The notes under the pieces were generated by a model. The model saw only the letters and a program-made list of their open reading frames with translations. It searched no databases and had not been told where the DNA came from. The position numbers and the translations under genes were made by a program. Shown here piece by piece: positions 27,057 through 37,306 of a DNA stretch of 64,000 nt. Numbering within the stretch: the first letter of the stretch is position 1; the number at the start of each line of letters is the position of its first letter. Source of the DNA: an uncultured Burkholderiales bacterium. GTDB lineage: Bacteria > Actinomycetota > Acidimicrobiia > IMCC26256 > JACPCJ01. Location: positions 5,041 through 69,040 of the forward strand of contig CAYTKN010000014.1 of the NCBI GenBank assembly GCA_964438505.1. The letters run 5' to 3'.

Positions 27057-28238
27057 TCAGGCAGCCCGGGCGACCCGGGCGCGCGCCCCGCGACGGTCGG
27101 GCGCGCCCACCCGTCGGGCGACGTTGAAGAGCAGGCCCGCTGCGACCATCGTGAAGAGGAGCGACGAGCCCCCGAAGGAGACGAACGGGAGGGGCACCCC
27201 GGTGATGGGGAGCAACCCGATCGCCGCGCCGATGTTCACCAGCGCCTGGCCCACGATCCACGTCGTGATCCCGGCCGCGAGGAGCGCGCCGAAGCGGTCG
27301 GGAGCCCGCATCGCCGTGCGGTAGCCGAGCACCCCCACCACGCCGAACAGCGCCAGCACCAGGAGCGCCCCGACCAGACCCAGCTCCTCGCCGACGACGG
27401 CGAAGATGAAGTCGGTGTGGGCGTTGGGGAGGAACAGCCACTTCTGGCGACCCGCGCCCAGCCCCACCCCGAAGAGGCCCCCGCTGCCCAGCGCGATCAG
27501 CGACTGGACGGCTTGGTAGCCGGTGTTGCCCGCGTCCGCGAACGGATCGAGGAAGGAGAGCACCCGGGCCCGGCGGTACGGCGCGGCCACCGCCAGGGCC
27601 CCCGAGAGCACCACCCCGGCGCCGGCGAGGGGGAGGAGCTGGCGGAGCCGCACCCCACCGACGAAGAACACGGTCACGGTGACGAGCGCGAGGATCATCG
27701 TCGTGCCCATGTCGGGCTGACGGATCACCAGCAACGCCACGGCGGCGAACACCAGCAACGCCGGGCGCAGCACCCGGCGCCAGTCCCCCACCGAATCGGC
27801 GCGGCGGGCGAACAGGTCGGCGAGGAACAGGACCAGCGTCAGCTTGACCAGCTCGGAGGGCTGGAGCGTGATCGGGCCGAGGCCGATCCAGCGGGTGGCA
27901 CCGCTGGCGCTCACCCCGACGCCCGGCACGAAGACGACGCCGAGCAGGACGACGCTGACGAGCAGGGCGGGGACGCTGAAACGCCGGAGCCGCCGGAGGT
28001 CGACCCGGGCGGCCAGCACGAACGCGACCGCCCCGACGGCCGTCCAGAGGAGCTGGCGCTGGAAGAACACCCACGAGGACCCGTGCTGCTCGAGCGCCAC
28101 CACCGACGACGCCGACATCACCATCACCAGGCCGACGACGTTGAGGGCGATCACCACCGCCAGGAGCATCACCGCCGACCCGTTGCGCGACCGCGAGCGC
28201 GGCCGGGACGTCCGGTGCTCAGCCACCGGCACCACCAC
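27057..28238 (-). CDS. ftsW: SEDS-family peptidoglycan glycosyltransferase FtsW
   Basis: Multi-TM protein with PITGVPLPFVSFGGSS motif. The start is one of three consecutive GTG codons. Confidence 0.93.
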   Translation of the reverse strand: MVVPVAEHRTSRPRSRSRNGSAVMLLAVVIALNVVGLVMVMSASSVVALEQHGSSWVFFQRQLLWTAVGAVAFVLAARVDLRRLRRFSVPALLVSVVLLGVVFVPGVGVSASGATRWIGLGPITLQPSELVKLTLVLFLADLFARRADSVGDWRRVLRPALLVFAAVALLVIRQPDMGTTMILALVTVTVFFVGGVRLRQLLPLAGAGVVLSGALAVAAPYRRARVLSFLDPFADAGNTGYQAVQSLIALGSGGLFGVGLGAGRQKWLFLPNAHTDFIFAVVGEELGLVGALLVLALFGVVGVLGYRTAMRAPDRFGALLAAGITTWIVGQALVNIGAAIGLLPITGVPLPFVSFGGSSLLFTMVAAGLLFNVARRVGAPDRRGARARVARAA

Positions 28239-29589
28239 CGGCCCCCGGGACGGCGGAGCCGGTGGCCCCGACGAGCCGACTGACCTCGGCCCTGAAGTCG
28301 TCGCCGCGGGCCGCGTAGTCGGAGTAGGCGTCGAAGGAGGCGCACGCCGGCGAGAGCAGCACCGCGTCGCCCGGCTCGGCGAGGCGGTGGGCGGCCTCGA
28401 CCGCCTCGCGCATGGAGGCGGCGTGCGTCACCGGGCGGCGTCCGGCGAACACCGCCTCGACGTCGGGGGCGGCCTCGCCGAAGGCGACGACGGCGCGGAT
28501 CCGGTCGGCGACCTCCGCGAGCGGGTCCAGCGCCGTCCCCTTGCTCCGACCGCCGGCGAGGAGGACGACCGAGGGGAAGTCGGACACCGCGGCGACCGCG
28601 GCGTGCGGGTTCGTCGCCTTCGAGTCGTCGTAGTAGGCCACACCCCCAGCTTCGCCGACGAGCGCGAGCCTGTGGGGGAGGCCCCGGAAGGAGCGCAGCG
28701 TCGCGGCGACCGGCCCGCTCCCCGCCCCCGCAGCCCGGGCCGCCGCCGCTGCCGCCAGGGCGTTGGACACCTCGTGGGGGAGGGAGCGCCCCAACTCCCC
28801 GATCGGGACCACGGACTCCCCGTCCGGGTCGACGATGGAGCCACCCGACACGTGCCAGGCGCCGGCCTCGCACCCGGTCGTGCAGCGCACCACCCGGGCC
28901 GGCGCAGCCGCGGCCATGCCGGCCACGACGGGGTCGTCGGCGTTCACGACGAGCACGTCGTCGTCGTCCTGGTTGGCGAAGATCCGCGCCTTCGACTCCG
29001 CGTAGTGCTCGAAGCTCGGGTGCCAGTCCAGGTGATCGTGGGCCACGTTGAGGAGCACGGCCACGCGTGGGTGGAACCGGCGGGTGAAGCGGAGCTGGAA
29101 CGAGGACACCTCCGCGACGATCACCTCCGCCCCGTCGTCGATCGCCTCGATCAAGGGCCGGCCGATGTTGCCGGCCGTGCTCACCCGCCTGCCCTCCGCC
29201 TCCAGCATCGACGCGACGAGACTGGTCACGGTGGTCTTCCCGTTGGTGCCGGTCACGGCCACCACGGGCACGTCGGTGGCGGAGCTCGCCAGCTCGATCT
29301 CGGAGACCACCGGCACGCCCGCCCCCTCCGCGGCAGCGAACACGGGATGGGCGGCGGGCACGCCCGGGCTGACCACCACGAGCTCGGCCTCGGCGAGGGC
29401 GTCGACGACGGCTCGCTCGCCGCCCCCGACGACCACCTCGGCGCCGAGGCGCTCGGCCTCGGCGCGGCGCGCCGCCAGGGCCTCCCCGCCGTCGAAGTCC
29501 TCGAGCACGGTCGTGGCCCACCCGCGGGCGGCCGCGTGGGCCACGACCGCTCCGCCGGTCACACCGAGACCGACGACCACCACCTGCAT
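28219..29589 (-). CDS. murD: UDP-N-acetylmuramoylalanine--D-glutamate ligase
   Basis: VVVGLGVTGGA Rossmann start and TGTNGKTTV P-loop. The ATG shares 1 nt with the mraY stop (TGATG). Confidence 0.95.
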   Translation of the reverse strand: MQVVVVGLGVTGGAVVAHAAARGWATTVLEDFDGGEALAARRAEAERLGAEVVVGGGERAVVDALAEAELVVVSPGVPAAHPVFAAAEGAGVPVVSEIELASSATDVPVVAVTGTNGKTTVTSLVASMLEAEGRRVSTAGNIGRPLIEAIDDGAEVIVAEVSSFQLRFTRRFHPRVAVLLNVAHDHLDWHPSFEHYAESKARIFANQDDDDVLVVNADDPVVAGMAAAAPARVVRCTTGCEAGAWHVSGGSIVDPDGESVVPIGELGRSLPHEVSNALAAAAAARAAGAGSGPVAATLRSFRGLPHRLALVGEAGGVAYYDDSKATNPHAAVAAVSDFPSVVLLAGGRSKGTALDPLAEVADRIRAVVAFGEAAPDVEAVFAGRRPVTHAASMREAVEAAHRLAEPGDAVLLSPACASFDAYSDYAARGDDFRAEVSRLVGATGSAVPGAGGGAGG

Positions 29590-30623
29590 CAGTCGAGCGC
29601 TCCGGGGATCGTGATGAAGTCCGCGTAGAAGACGCCGAGGCCGAACGCCACGAGGAGGCCGGCGACCAGCCAGAACCTGACGATCACCGTGAACTCCGGC
29701 CAGCCGCCCAGCTCGAAGTGGTGGTGGATCGGGGCCATCCGGAACCACCGCCGCCCGAAGCCCCGGAAGGTGACGATCTGGATCATCACCGAGAGCGTCT
29801 CGATCACGAAGAGGCCGGCGAGGATCGGCAACAGCAGGTGGGTGCGGGTGAGCAGCGCCAGGCCCGCCACCGCCGCGCCGATCGCCAGCGACCCGGTGTC
29901 GCCCATGAAGATCTGCGCCGGCGCGGCGTTCCACCACAGGAAGCCGGCGCAGGCCCCCATCATGGCGGCGGCGACGATCGCGAGGTCGAGGGCCTGGTCC
30001 GGCGGCACGCCGTAGACCTCCGGGTTCCGCACCTGCCAGAAGGCGATGATCACGAACGCCGCGAACACCATCGCACCCGTCCCGCTGGCGAGGCCGTCGA
30101 GTCCGTCGGTGAGGTTCACGGCGTTGGACGTCCCCATCATCACCAGCACCGCCCAGATCCCCCAGGCCAGGAACCCGAGGTCGAAGTCGAGGTCGCGGGT
30201 GAACGAGAGGTGGGTCGACGCGTCGACCCAGAACAGCGCGAGGAGCGCGAATCCGCCGCCCACGATGAGCTGACCGGCGGTCTTCTGCCGCTTCTTCAGG
30301 CCGAGGTTCCGCCGATGGCGGACGCCGAGGTAGTCGTCGACGAACCCGACCAGCGCGAGGCCGACGATGGCGAGCATGAGCACCAACCCGGCCCGGCCGA
30401 AGCCCCCCGACCGGATGTGGGCGACGGCATAGCCGAAGACCGCGCCGCCGACGATGGCGATCCCTCCCATCGTCGGGGTCCCCGCCTTGGTGTGGTGGCC
30501 GGCCGGCCCGTCCTCGCGGATGAGCTGCCCGATCCCCCGCGACCGCAGGAACCCGATCAGCACCGGGGTGCCGACGAGCGCCAGCACCAGCGCGCTTCCG
30601 GCGGCCAGGAGCAGCGCGATCAC
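29589..30623 (-). CDS. mraY: Phospho-N-acetylmuramoyl-pentapeptide transferase
   Basis: 10-TM protein with NAVNLTDGLDGLA and MGDTGSLA motifs. Confidence 0.97.
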   Translation of the reverse strand: MIALLLAAGSALVLALVGTPVLIGFLRSRGIGQLIREDGPAGHHTKAGTPTMGGIAIVGGAVFGYAVAHIRSGGFGRAGLVLMLAIVGLALVGFVDDYLGVRHRRNLGLKKRQKTAGQLIVGGGFALLALFWVDASTHLSFTRDLDFDLGFLAWGIWAVLVMMGTSNAVNLTDGLDGLASGTGAMVFAAFVIIAFWQVRNPEVYGVPPDQALDLAIVAAAMMGACAGFLWWNAAPAQIFMGDTGSLAIGAAVAGLALLTRTHLLLPILAGLFVIETLSVMIQIVTFRGFGRRWFRMAPIHHHFELGGWPEFTVIVRFWLVAGLLVAFGLGVFYADFITIPGALD

Positions 30624-31999
30624 CGGGGCGCGCCTCCCGAGAGCACCCGGGCGACCTCCTCGAGGCCGACCACCCTGCTCGCCTTGACCAGCACCACGTC
30701 ACCGGAGCGGACCTCGCGGGCGAGCAGCGAGGCCGCCTCGCCGGCGTCGCCGACCACGGCCACGTCGGGCCCGTCGCCCGCGCCCGCCACGATCGGCTCG
30801 GTCCCCTCGCCCACCACGACGAGGCGGTCGACACCCAGGGCGGCGGCCTGCTCGCCGACGCGGCGGTGCGCCTCCTCGGACCCGTCGCCGAGCTCGGCCA
30901 TGTGCCCGAGGACGGCGATCCGGCGTCCCGGCCGCTCGAGCGCGGCGAGCGCCTCGAGCGCGGCGGCCGTGGAGGACGGGTTGGCGTTGTAGGCGTCGTT
31001 GATCACGGTGACCCCGTCGGGGCTGGTCTGGACCTGCATCCTCCAGCGGGAGCCGCGAGCGCACGAGAGCCCGGCGGCCACGTCGTCGAGCGGCACCCCG
31101 AGCGAGAGCGCCGCGGCGGCCGCCACCGCCGCGTTGGTGGCCTGGTGGGCCCCGCGCATCGCCAGGCGCACCGGCGTCGAGCCCCACGGAGTGCGCAGAT
31201 CGAACCCCGGTCGGAGGTCGTCGTCCAATCGGAGCCCCTCGTGGGCGACATCCGCGCCCGGTCCCGTCCCGGCGAGGAGGACGCGACCCGAGGCCCGCCG
31301 CGCCAGGTGCTCGACCCAGTCGTGACCGGTTCCCACGACCGCGGTCTCGACGCCCTCGAGGAGCGCGCCCTTCTCCTCGGCGACCGCGCCGAGATCGCCG
31401 AAGAACTCCATGTGCGCGGCGCCCACGTTGGTGACCACGCCGACGCGGGGCCCCGCGACGTCTCGCAGCTCGGCGATCTGGCCGGAGCCCCGCGCGCCCA
31501 TCTCGACGACGAGCACGTCGGTGCCCGCCGGGGCGCGCAGGACGGTGAGCGGCACCCCGAGCTCGTTGTTGAAGGAGCCCTCGCTGGCGTGCACCGTCCG
31601 GCGGGTCCGGAGCGCCGCCGCGGCGAGGTCCTTGGTGGAGGTCTTCCCGGTCGAGCCGGTGATGCCCACCACGTCCGCGTCGGACCGGCGCCTCACGTCC
31701 GCGGCGAGCCGGCCGAGCGCGCGCACCGTGTCGTCGACCCGGACCACGGGGAGTCCGCCGGAGCGGCGCCCGGGCTCCTCGGGGACGTGCCGGGCTCGGT
31801 CGACCAGCGCCGCCGCCGCGCCCCGCTCGGCGGCGTGGCCGACGAACTCGTGGCCGTCGCGCTCGGCCCGCACCGCGACGAAGAGCTCGCCGGGCGCGAT
31901 CCGCCGGGAGTCGATGTCGACGCCCACGACCTCGAGCGCGGGATCGCCGAGGACCTCCCCCGCGGTCGCGTCCGCGATCGCGCGCAGCGTCAGCCGCAT
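30620..31999 (-). CDS. murF: UDP-MurNAc-tripeptide--D-alanyl-D-alanine ligase
   Basis: GITGSTGKTSTKD P-loop, Mur ligase middle and C-terminal domains. Confidence 0.93.
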   Translation of the reverse strand: MRLTLRAIADATAGEVLGDPALEVVGVDIDSRRIAPGELFVAVRAERDGHEFVGHAAERGAAAALVDRARHVPEEPGRRSGGLPVVRVDDTVRALGRLAADVRRRSDADVVGITGSTGKTSTKDLAAAALRTRRTVHASEGSFNNELGVPLTVLRAPAGTDVLVVEMGARGSGQIAELRDVAGPRVGVVTNVGAAHMEFFGDLGAVAEEKGALLEGVETAVVGTGHDWVEHLARRASGRVLLAGTGPGADVAHEGLRLDDDLRPGFDLRTPWGSTPVRLAMRGAHQATNAAVAAAAALSLGVPLDDVAAGLSCARGSRWRMQVQTSPDGVTVINDAYNANPSSTAAALEALAALERPGRRIAVLGHMAELGDGSEEAHRRVGEQAAALGVDRLVVVGEGTEPIVAGAGDGPDVAVVGDAGEAASLLAREVRSGDVVLVKASRVVGLEEVARVLSGGAPR

Positions 32000-33738
32000 C
32001 GATCCCCCAGGCCGTCCCGCCCGGACAGCCGCTCCGACCCAGTCGGTCCCTCCGACTCAGGCAGCCCGGTCAGCCCAGACAGCCCAGACAGCTCGTCTGC
32101 GACGACCAGGCGGTCGTCGAAGGGGTGGGTCTCGCCTGCGATCAACTGTCCGGTCTCGTGGCCCTTGCCGGCCACGACGAGGACGTCGCCGCGGCGCGCC
32201 TCACGGACGGCCCGGGCGATCGCGGCGCGCCGGTCGAGCTCGACCACGCCGCGACCCGAGTCTGCTCCCTCCAGTCCCTCCAGTCCCTCCAGGATCTCGT
32301 CGGCGATCGCGACCGGATCCTCCCCTCGGGGATTGTCGGAGGTGACCACGACGACGTCGGCCAGCTCCGCCGCGACGCGCCCCATCTCGGGCCGCTTGGC
32401 GCGGTCGCGCTCGCCCCCGCAGCCGAACACCACGAGCACGCGGTGCTCGCCGGCGATCTCCCGTGCGGCGCCCAACGCCTGCACGAGCGCGTCGGGCGTG
32501 TGGGCGTAGTCGACGACGGCGGTGAAGTCCTGGCCCCGTTCGATCCGCTCGAACCGGCCGGGCACGCTCAGGGGCGATTCCAGGCCGGCGACGACCGCCT
32601 CCGCGTCGAACCCGGCGGCCAGGGCCGCCCCGGCGGCCGCGAGGAGGTTCTCCACGTTGAACCGCCCCACGAGCGGGCTCCGGACCCGGAGGTCACGACC
32701 GACCGCCGGCCCGGTGAGGGTCGCCACGGTGTCCTCTCGTCCCGCCACGACGTCGGTGGCGGTGAGATCCGGGGCCGGACCCTCCGAGCGACGCGCGCCG
32801 GGCACCGCCCCGCCAGGACCGGAAGCGGACGACGGCCCGGACGCGGACGACGGCCCGGAAGCGGACGACGCTGCCGACGGCCCGGAAGCGGACGTCGGCC
32901 CGGACGCTGCCGACGACGCTGCCGACGACGCTGCCGGTGGGGCGGGCGCGGCGAAGCGCATCACCGGAACACCGGCCGTGGCGCAGCGCCGCGCGAGCTC
33001 GGCGCCGCGGGGGTCGGCCACGTTGACGACGGCGTGCCCGGTGCGGCGCGGGTCGAACAGCGACGCCTTCGCCTCGAAGTAGTCGTCCAGCGAGGCGTGG
33101 AAGTCGAGGTGGTCGTGCGAGAGGTTCGTGAACACCGAGACCGCGAACCAGGTGCCCTCCACTCGGCCGGTCGCCAGCGCGTGCGACGACACCTCGACGG
33201 CCACGAGGCCGACCCCGGAGTCCCGCATCCGGGCGAGGAGCTCCTGGAGATCGGTCGCCTCCGGAGTGGTGAGACCGACCCCGGCGGCCTCGCCGTCGAC
33301 GCGGACCCCGACCGTCCCGACGACGCCGGGACGGGTCCCCGCGGCGCGCGCGATCGCCTCGAGGAGGTGGGTGACGGTCGTCTTGCCGTTGGTCCCGGTG
33401 ACCCCCACCACGGCGAGCTCGCGGGAGGGATCGCCGTGCACGCGGGCCGCCAGCGGCCCCATCGCGTCGCGCACCTTCGGCACACGGAGCTGCGGGACGT
33501 CCAGATCGAGCCAGCGCTCCACGACCAGCGCGGAGGCGCCCGCGTCGAGCGCGGCCGGAGCGAAGTCGTGGCCATCGTGGTGGCTGCCCGGCACGCAGCA
33601 GAAGAGGGTTCCCGGCTCGACGCGCCGGGAGTCGTGTGTGACCGACCTCACCACCACGCCCGAGTCACCGCGCACCTCCACGCTTGCGACGCCTGCTGCG
33701 CGCCTGTCGACGCCCTCTGCGAGCTCTCGAAGATCCAC
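31990..33738 (-). CDS. murE: UDP-MurNAc-L-Ala-D-Glu--2,6-diaminopimelate ligase with internal Ser/Ala/Gly/Pro low-complexity insertion
   Basis: GVTGTNGKTTV, SHDHLDFH and SDNPRGEDP (DNPR: meso-DAP type) motifs. At 582 aa it is longer than I expect for MurE (from memory). Confidence 0.93.
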   Translation of the reverse strand: MDLRELAEGVDRRAAGVASVEVRGDSGVVVRSVTHDSRRVEPGTLFCCVPGSHHDGHDFAPAALDAGASALVVERWLDLDVPQLRVPKVRDAMGPLAARVHGDPSRELAVVGVTGTNGKTTVTHLLEAIARAAGTRPGVVGTVGVRVDGEAAGVGLTTPEATDLQELLARMRDSGVGLVAVEVSSHALATGRVEGTWFAVSVFTNLSHDHLDFHASLDDYFEAKASLFDPRRTGHAVVNVADPRGAELARRCATAGVPVMRFAAPAPPAASSAASSAASGPTSASGPSAASSASGPSSASGPSSASGPGGAVPGARRSEGPAPDLTATDVVAGREDTVATLTGPAVGRDLRVRSPLVGRFNVENLLAAAGAALAAGFDAEAVVAGLESPLSVPGRFERIERGQDFTAVVDYAHTPDALVQALGAAREIAGEHRVLVVFGCGGERDRAKRPEMGRVAAELADVVVVTSDNPRGEDPVAIADEILEGLEGLEGADSGRGVVELDRRAAIARAVREARRGDVLVVAGKGHETGQLIAGETHPFDDRLVVADELSGLSGLTGLPESEGPTGSERLSGRDGLGDRCG

Positions 33739-33751
33739 GGGACCGTCCCCG

Positions 33752-35500
33752 TCACGGCTGGTCCAGGGTACCCACGGGCGCCACCGGCGCCACGCCTTCC
33801 AGCCTCAGGGCGTGGCGCATGATCCGGGCGAACGTGGGAGCGGCGACGACACCGCCGAAGATGGGCGTCGGCTCGTCGAGCACCACGATGGCGGCGAGGC
33901 GCGGCTCCGCGGCGGGGGCGAACCCCACGAAGGACGCCACGTGCTCGTCACCATAGCCCCGCCTGCCGTCGAGGGGCTTGCGCGCCGTCCCGGTCTTGCC
34001 CGCGACCCCGTAGCCGGGGATCGAGGCGTTCGCCCCGGTGCCCTCGGCGACGACGTCGGTGAGCATGGAGCGCACCTGCTCGGCGGTGGCCTCGGAGACC
34101 ACCCGCCGGGTGGGCCCGAAGGGCAGGTCGCGGCGGCGGCCCTCGTCGTCGACCGCCTCCCGCACCAGTCTGGGCTCGCGCCAGACGCCGTCGTTGGCGA
34201 CGGTGACGAACACCTCGAGCATCTGGAGCGCGGTGACCGCGAGGCCGTTGCCGATCGGCACCGTGCCCATGCTCGTCGGGTACCACTCGTCGGGCTCGAG
34301 CAGTAGCCCCGGCGACTCGCCCGGGAACCCGAGCCCGGTCTCCTGCCCGAACCCGAAGTCGCGCAGGTACCGGTCGAGGCGCGCCTTGCCGAGCATCTGG
34401 CCGATCTTGATGGCGCCGACGTTGGAGGACTCCACGAGGATGCGCCGCACCGACCACTCCTCGGTGGGGTGCGGCTCGTGGTCAGTGAAGACGTGGTCGG
34501 CGACCCGGAGCCGGTCGGGGACGGTGAGACGGGTGCCGGGCGCGACGAGGCCCTCCTCGACGGCCGCCGAGACGGTGATGACCTTGTTGGTCGAGCCCGG
34601 CTCGTAGACGTCGGTGACGGCGCGGTTGCGCCCGCTGCGACCGTCGGGAGCGGCGCGCTCCCCGTCGGTCCCGGCGGTGACGTTGGCCATGGCGAGGACG
34701 TCGCCGGTGGCGACGTCCATCACGACGGCCCGCCCGGCCGCCGCGCCGTACTCCTCGACGGCGTCGACGAGGGCGCGCTCGGCCTCGAACTGGAGGCCCT
34801 GGTCGACGGTCAGCAGCAGGTCGGAGCCGGGGACGGGCGGCTCGTACCGCCGGAGCCCTTGGGGGATGTCGCGACCCTGGGGATCGCGCTCGACGACGAG
34901 CTCTCCCGGCTCCCCCGAGAGCACGTCCTCGTAGCGCAGCTCGAGCCCGCTCAGGCCCTGGTTGTCGACACCCACCATCCCGAGGATCGACGCGGCCAGG
35001 TCCGAGGGGTAGTGCCGCTCCGACTCGGGGACGAAGCGCACCCCCGGGAGCCCGAGCGCCTCCACCTTGCCCGCCGTCGTGTCGTCGACCTTGCGCTCGA
35101 GGTAAACGAACGCCGCGTCCTCGCTCGCCAGGCGCGAGCGGAGCTGCTCCTCCTCGTCGGCGACGTCCTCGTCCTCCCCGGCGAGCAGCGGAGCGAGCTG
35201 GCGCGCGTAGCCGGCGGGGTCGGCGACGACGCGGGGATCGGCCCACACGGTGTGCTGGGGGACCGAGAGCGCGAGCTCGTCGCCGTCGCGGTCGAAGATC
35301 GTGCCCCGCTCGGCGGCGAGGGTCACCCGGCGGACCCGCTGCTCGCGCCCGAGGGCCTCGAAGCGCTCGGACGAGAGGGCCTGGACCTCGACGAGGCGCC
35401 AGCCCACCGCGGAGAAGGCGAGCGCGAGGACCACGAGCAACCACGGGATCCTCCGGCGAACCAGGAGCCGGCTCCCCGTCTCGGATCGCCGCGGCGCCAC
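33752..35500 (-). CDS. ftsI: Division-specific class B penicillin-binding protein (FtsI/PBP3-like transpeptidase)
   Basis: N-terminal TM helix, dimerisation domain, STNK, SSN and KTGT motifs. Confidence 0.93.
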   Translation of the reverse strand: MAPRRSETGSRLLVRRRIPWLLVVLALAFSAVGWRLVEVQALSSERFEALGREQRVRRVTLAAERGTIFDRDGDELALSVPQHTVWADPRVVADPAGYARQLAPLLAGEDEDVADEEEQLRSRLASEDAAFVYLERKVDDTTAGKVEALGLPGVRFVPESERHYPSDLAASILGMVGVDNQGLSGLELRYEDVLSGEPGELVVERDPQGRDIPQGLRRYEPPVPGSDLLLTVDQGLQFEAERALVDAVEEYGAAAGRAVVMDVATGDVLAMANVTAGTDGERAAPDGRSGRNRAVTDVYEPGSTNKVITVSAAVEEGLVAPGTRLTVPDRLRVADHVFTDHEPHPTEEWSVRRILVESSNVGAIKIGQMLGKARLDRYLRDFGFGQETGLGFPGESPGLLLEPDEWYPTSMGTVPIGNGLAVTALQMLEVFVTVANDGVWREPRLVREAVDDEGRRRDLPFGPTRRVVSEATAEQVRSMLTDVVAEGTGANASIPGYGVAGKTGTARKPLDGRRGYGDEHVASFVGFAPAAEPRLAAIVVLDEPTPIFGGVVAAPTFARIMRHALRLEGVAPVAPVGTLDQP

Positions 35501-35509
35501 GCCGGCCCC

Positions 35510-35968
35510 TTACGGCTCCGCGGCCAGGAAGGGCTTGACCTCGGCCCAGGATCGGGCACCGCCCGGCGGCGCTCCCTCCTGCGATCCGGAGGCCGGGGCG
35601 GTGAGGTGCGTGACGCCCTGGGGATCGACCATCCCGAGCTCGCGGCGCGCGAGGTCGAGGATCCGCTCCGGGGAGGAGAGGCGCGCGGCCTCGAGCCTCA
35701 GGCGCTCGTACTCCTGGCGCTCGGCGTCGACCTGCTGCTCGATGCGCTCCAGCTCGAACTGCGACTGGACCAGGAACACGTTGAAGGTGACCAGGCCGAA
35801 GATCGCCACGAGCGTGAGGACCACGGCTCCGACGACCAGGGCGCGCGTCGCGCGCCGCCGGGAGGAGCGCGGGACGACGCGCAGGTGGCGGGGCGCGTCG
35901 CGGCGTGTGTCGCGGCGGGTGTCGGGCCGGCGCAGCGGGGCGGGAGCGAGGGCGCGGGCGGTGGTCAC
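35510..35968 (-). CDS. ftsL: FtsL-like septum formation initiator (bitopic coiled-coil protein)
   Basis: Basic N-terminus, single TM helix (LVVGAVVLTLVAIFGLVTFNVFLV), coiled coil, position between rsmH and ftsI. The GTG start overlaps the rsmH stop. Confidence 0.7.
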   Translation of the reverse strand: MTTARALAPAPLRRPDTRRDTRRDAPRHLRVVPRSSRRRATRALVVGAVVLTLVAIFGLVTFNVFLVQSQFELERIEQQVDAERQEYERLRLEAARLSSPERILDLARRELGMVDPQGVTHLTAPASGSQEGAPPGGARSWAEVKPFLAAEP

Positions 35969-37029
35969 GGTGCCTCCTCCGGTAGCTCGTGCTGCTCGTG
36001 CTGCTCGTGCTGCTCCTCGGCCTCGTCGTCGAGGCGCTCGACGGCCCGGAGCCGGGCGCTGGCGGCTCGGCGGTTGCGCGCCACCTCCTCGGTGGTGGGT
36101 CGCAGCGGCCGCCGGGTGAGGAGCCGGACCGTGCCTCCCCGTTCGGTCCGTCGCACGGGGAGGCCGGCGGGGTGCGTGCCTCCGGTGGACCAAGAGCGGA
36201 AGCGCTCCTTGACGATCCGGTCCTCCAGCGAGTGGTACGAGAGCACGGCGAGGCGCCCCCGCGGGGCCAGCAGCGCTTCCGCCGCGTCGAGGCCGCGCTC
36301 GAGGTTGGCGAGCTCGTCGTTGACGGCGATCCGCAGCGCCTGGAACGCGCGTCGGGCCGGGTGGCGCCCGGTGCGCCGGGCGGCGGCGGGCACGGCGCTG
36401 CGGATCACGTCGACCAGCTCGCCGGTGCGGTGCAGTGGACGCCGGGCGACGAGAGCCGCCGCGACGGCCCGGGCGTGGCGCTCCTCGCCGTAGCGCCGCA
36501 GCACGCGGGCGAGCTCGCGCTCGGGCAGGGAGTTGACGAGCTCCGCCGCGCTCGGCCCCCGCGTCGGGTCCATCCGCATGTCGAGGGGAGCGTCGTGACG
36601 GTAGGAGAAGCCCCGCTCGGCGCGGTCGACCTGCGGGCTGCTGACGCCGAGATCGAGGAGCACCGCGACCACACGCGTGGGCTCCCGGTCGCCCTCGGCG
36701 GACGCCGCGCCGGGTGCTCCGGCGCCCGTCCTCGCTGCGTCTCCTGCTGCATCCTGGTGCTCCCTCACGACCTCGGCGAGGTCCTCGAACCCCGCGTGCA
36801 CCACGGTCACCCGGTCACCGAAGGCGGCCAGCGCCTCGGAGGCCGCCGCGACGGCCTGCGGGTCGCGGTCGAGCGCGAGGAGGCGGAGGTCGGGGCGGGC
36901 CTCGAGGAGACGCCGTGCGTGTCCTCCCGCACCGACGGTTCCGTCGACGGCGAGGCCGCTCGGGACCTCCGAGAGGGCAGCCGCCACCTCGTCCGCCATC
37001 ACCGGCTCGTGCTCGAACTCCTCGGTCAC
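35965..37029 (-). CDS. rsmH: 16S rRNA (cytosine1402-N4)-methyltransferase
   Basis: DGTVGAGGHA SAM motif, DLGVSSPQVD and SYHSLEDRIVK motifs. GTG 37029 is the first canonical start, but the frame stays open far upstream (see findings). Confidence 0.95.
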   Translation of the reverse strand: MTEEFEHEPVMADEVAAALSEVPSGLAVDGTVGAGGHARRLLEARPDLRLLALDRDPQAVAAASEALAAFGDRVTVVHAGFEDLAEVVREHQDAAGDAARTGAGAPGAASAEGDREPTRVVAVLLDLGVSSPQVDRAERGFSYRHDAPLDMRMDPTRGPSAAELVNSLPERELARVLRRYGEERHARAVAAALVARRPLHRTGELVDVIRSAVPAAARRTGRHPARRAFQALRIAVNDELANLERGLDAAEALLAPRGRLAVLSYHSLEDRIVKERFRSWSTGGTHPAGLPVRRTERGGTVRLLTRRPLRPTTEEVARNRRAASARLRAVERLDDEAEEQHEQHEQHELPEEAP

Positions 37030-37306
37030 CGGTCCCCCGAACGGCCTCCGGGTCCCCGCGATGCCCGTCCAGCCCTCCGGTCGGCATGGCGCCGTCCGGT
37101 TGTCTCTCCGGATCGACTCGGATGGAAGCGGGCGGAGTAGGGGCCTCCCACCGTGCCGACCAGAGGGCTGGACCGACGTCGCGGTGTCCGTCGTGCCGGT
37201 CTCGTCCGTGGTGCTCTTGGTGCTCTTGGTGCTCGTGGTGCCCGTCTCGTTCCTCTCGTGGTCGCTCGCGTGGTTCCCGTCGTCGCTGCTCTCGTGGCTC
37301 CTGTCG

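Noticed and set aside
23645-28074. Track ORFs of 859 and 1160 aa that appear to fuse murB, murC and upstream sequence.
   Set aside because: Only the C-terminal parts show Mur-ligase or MurB motifs. The upstream parts are out-of-frame overlaps of the preceding genes. Internal GTG starts that form GTGA overlaps give normal-length proteins.
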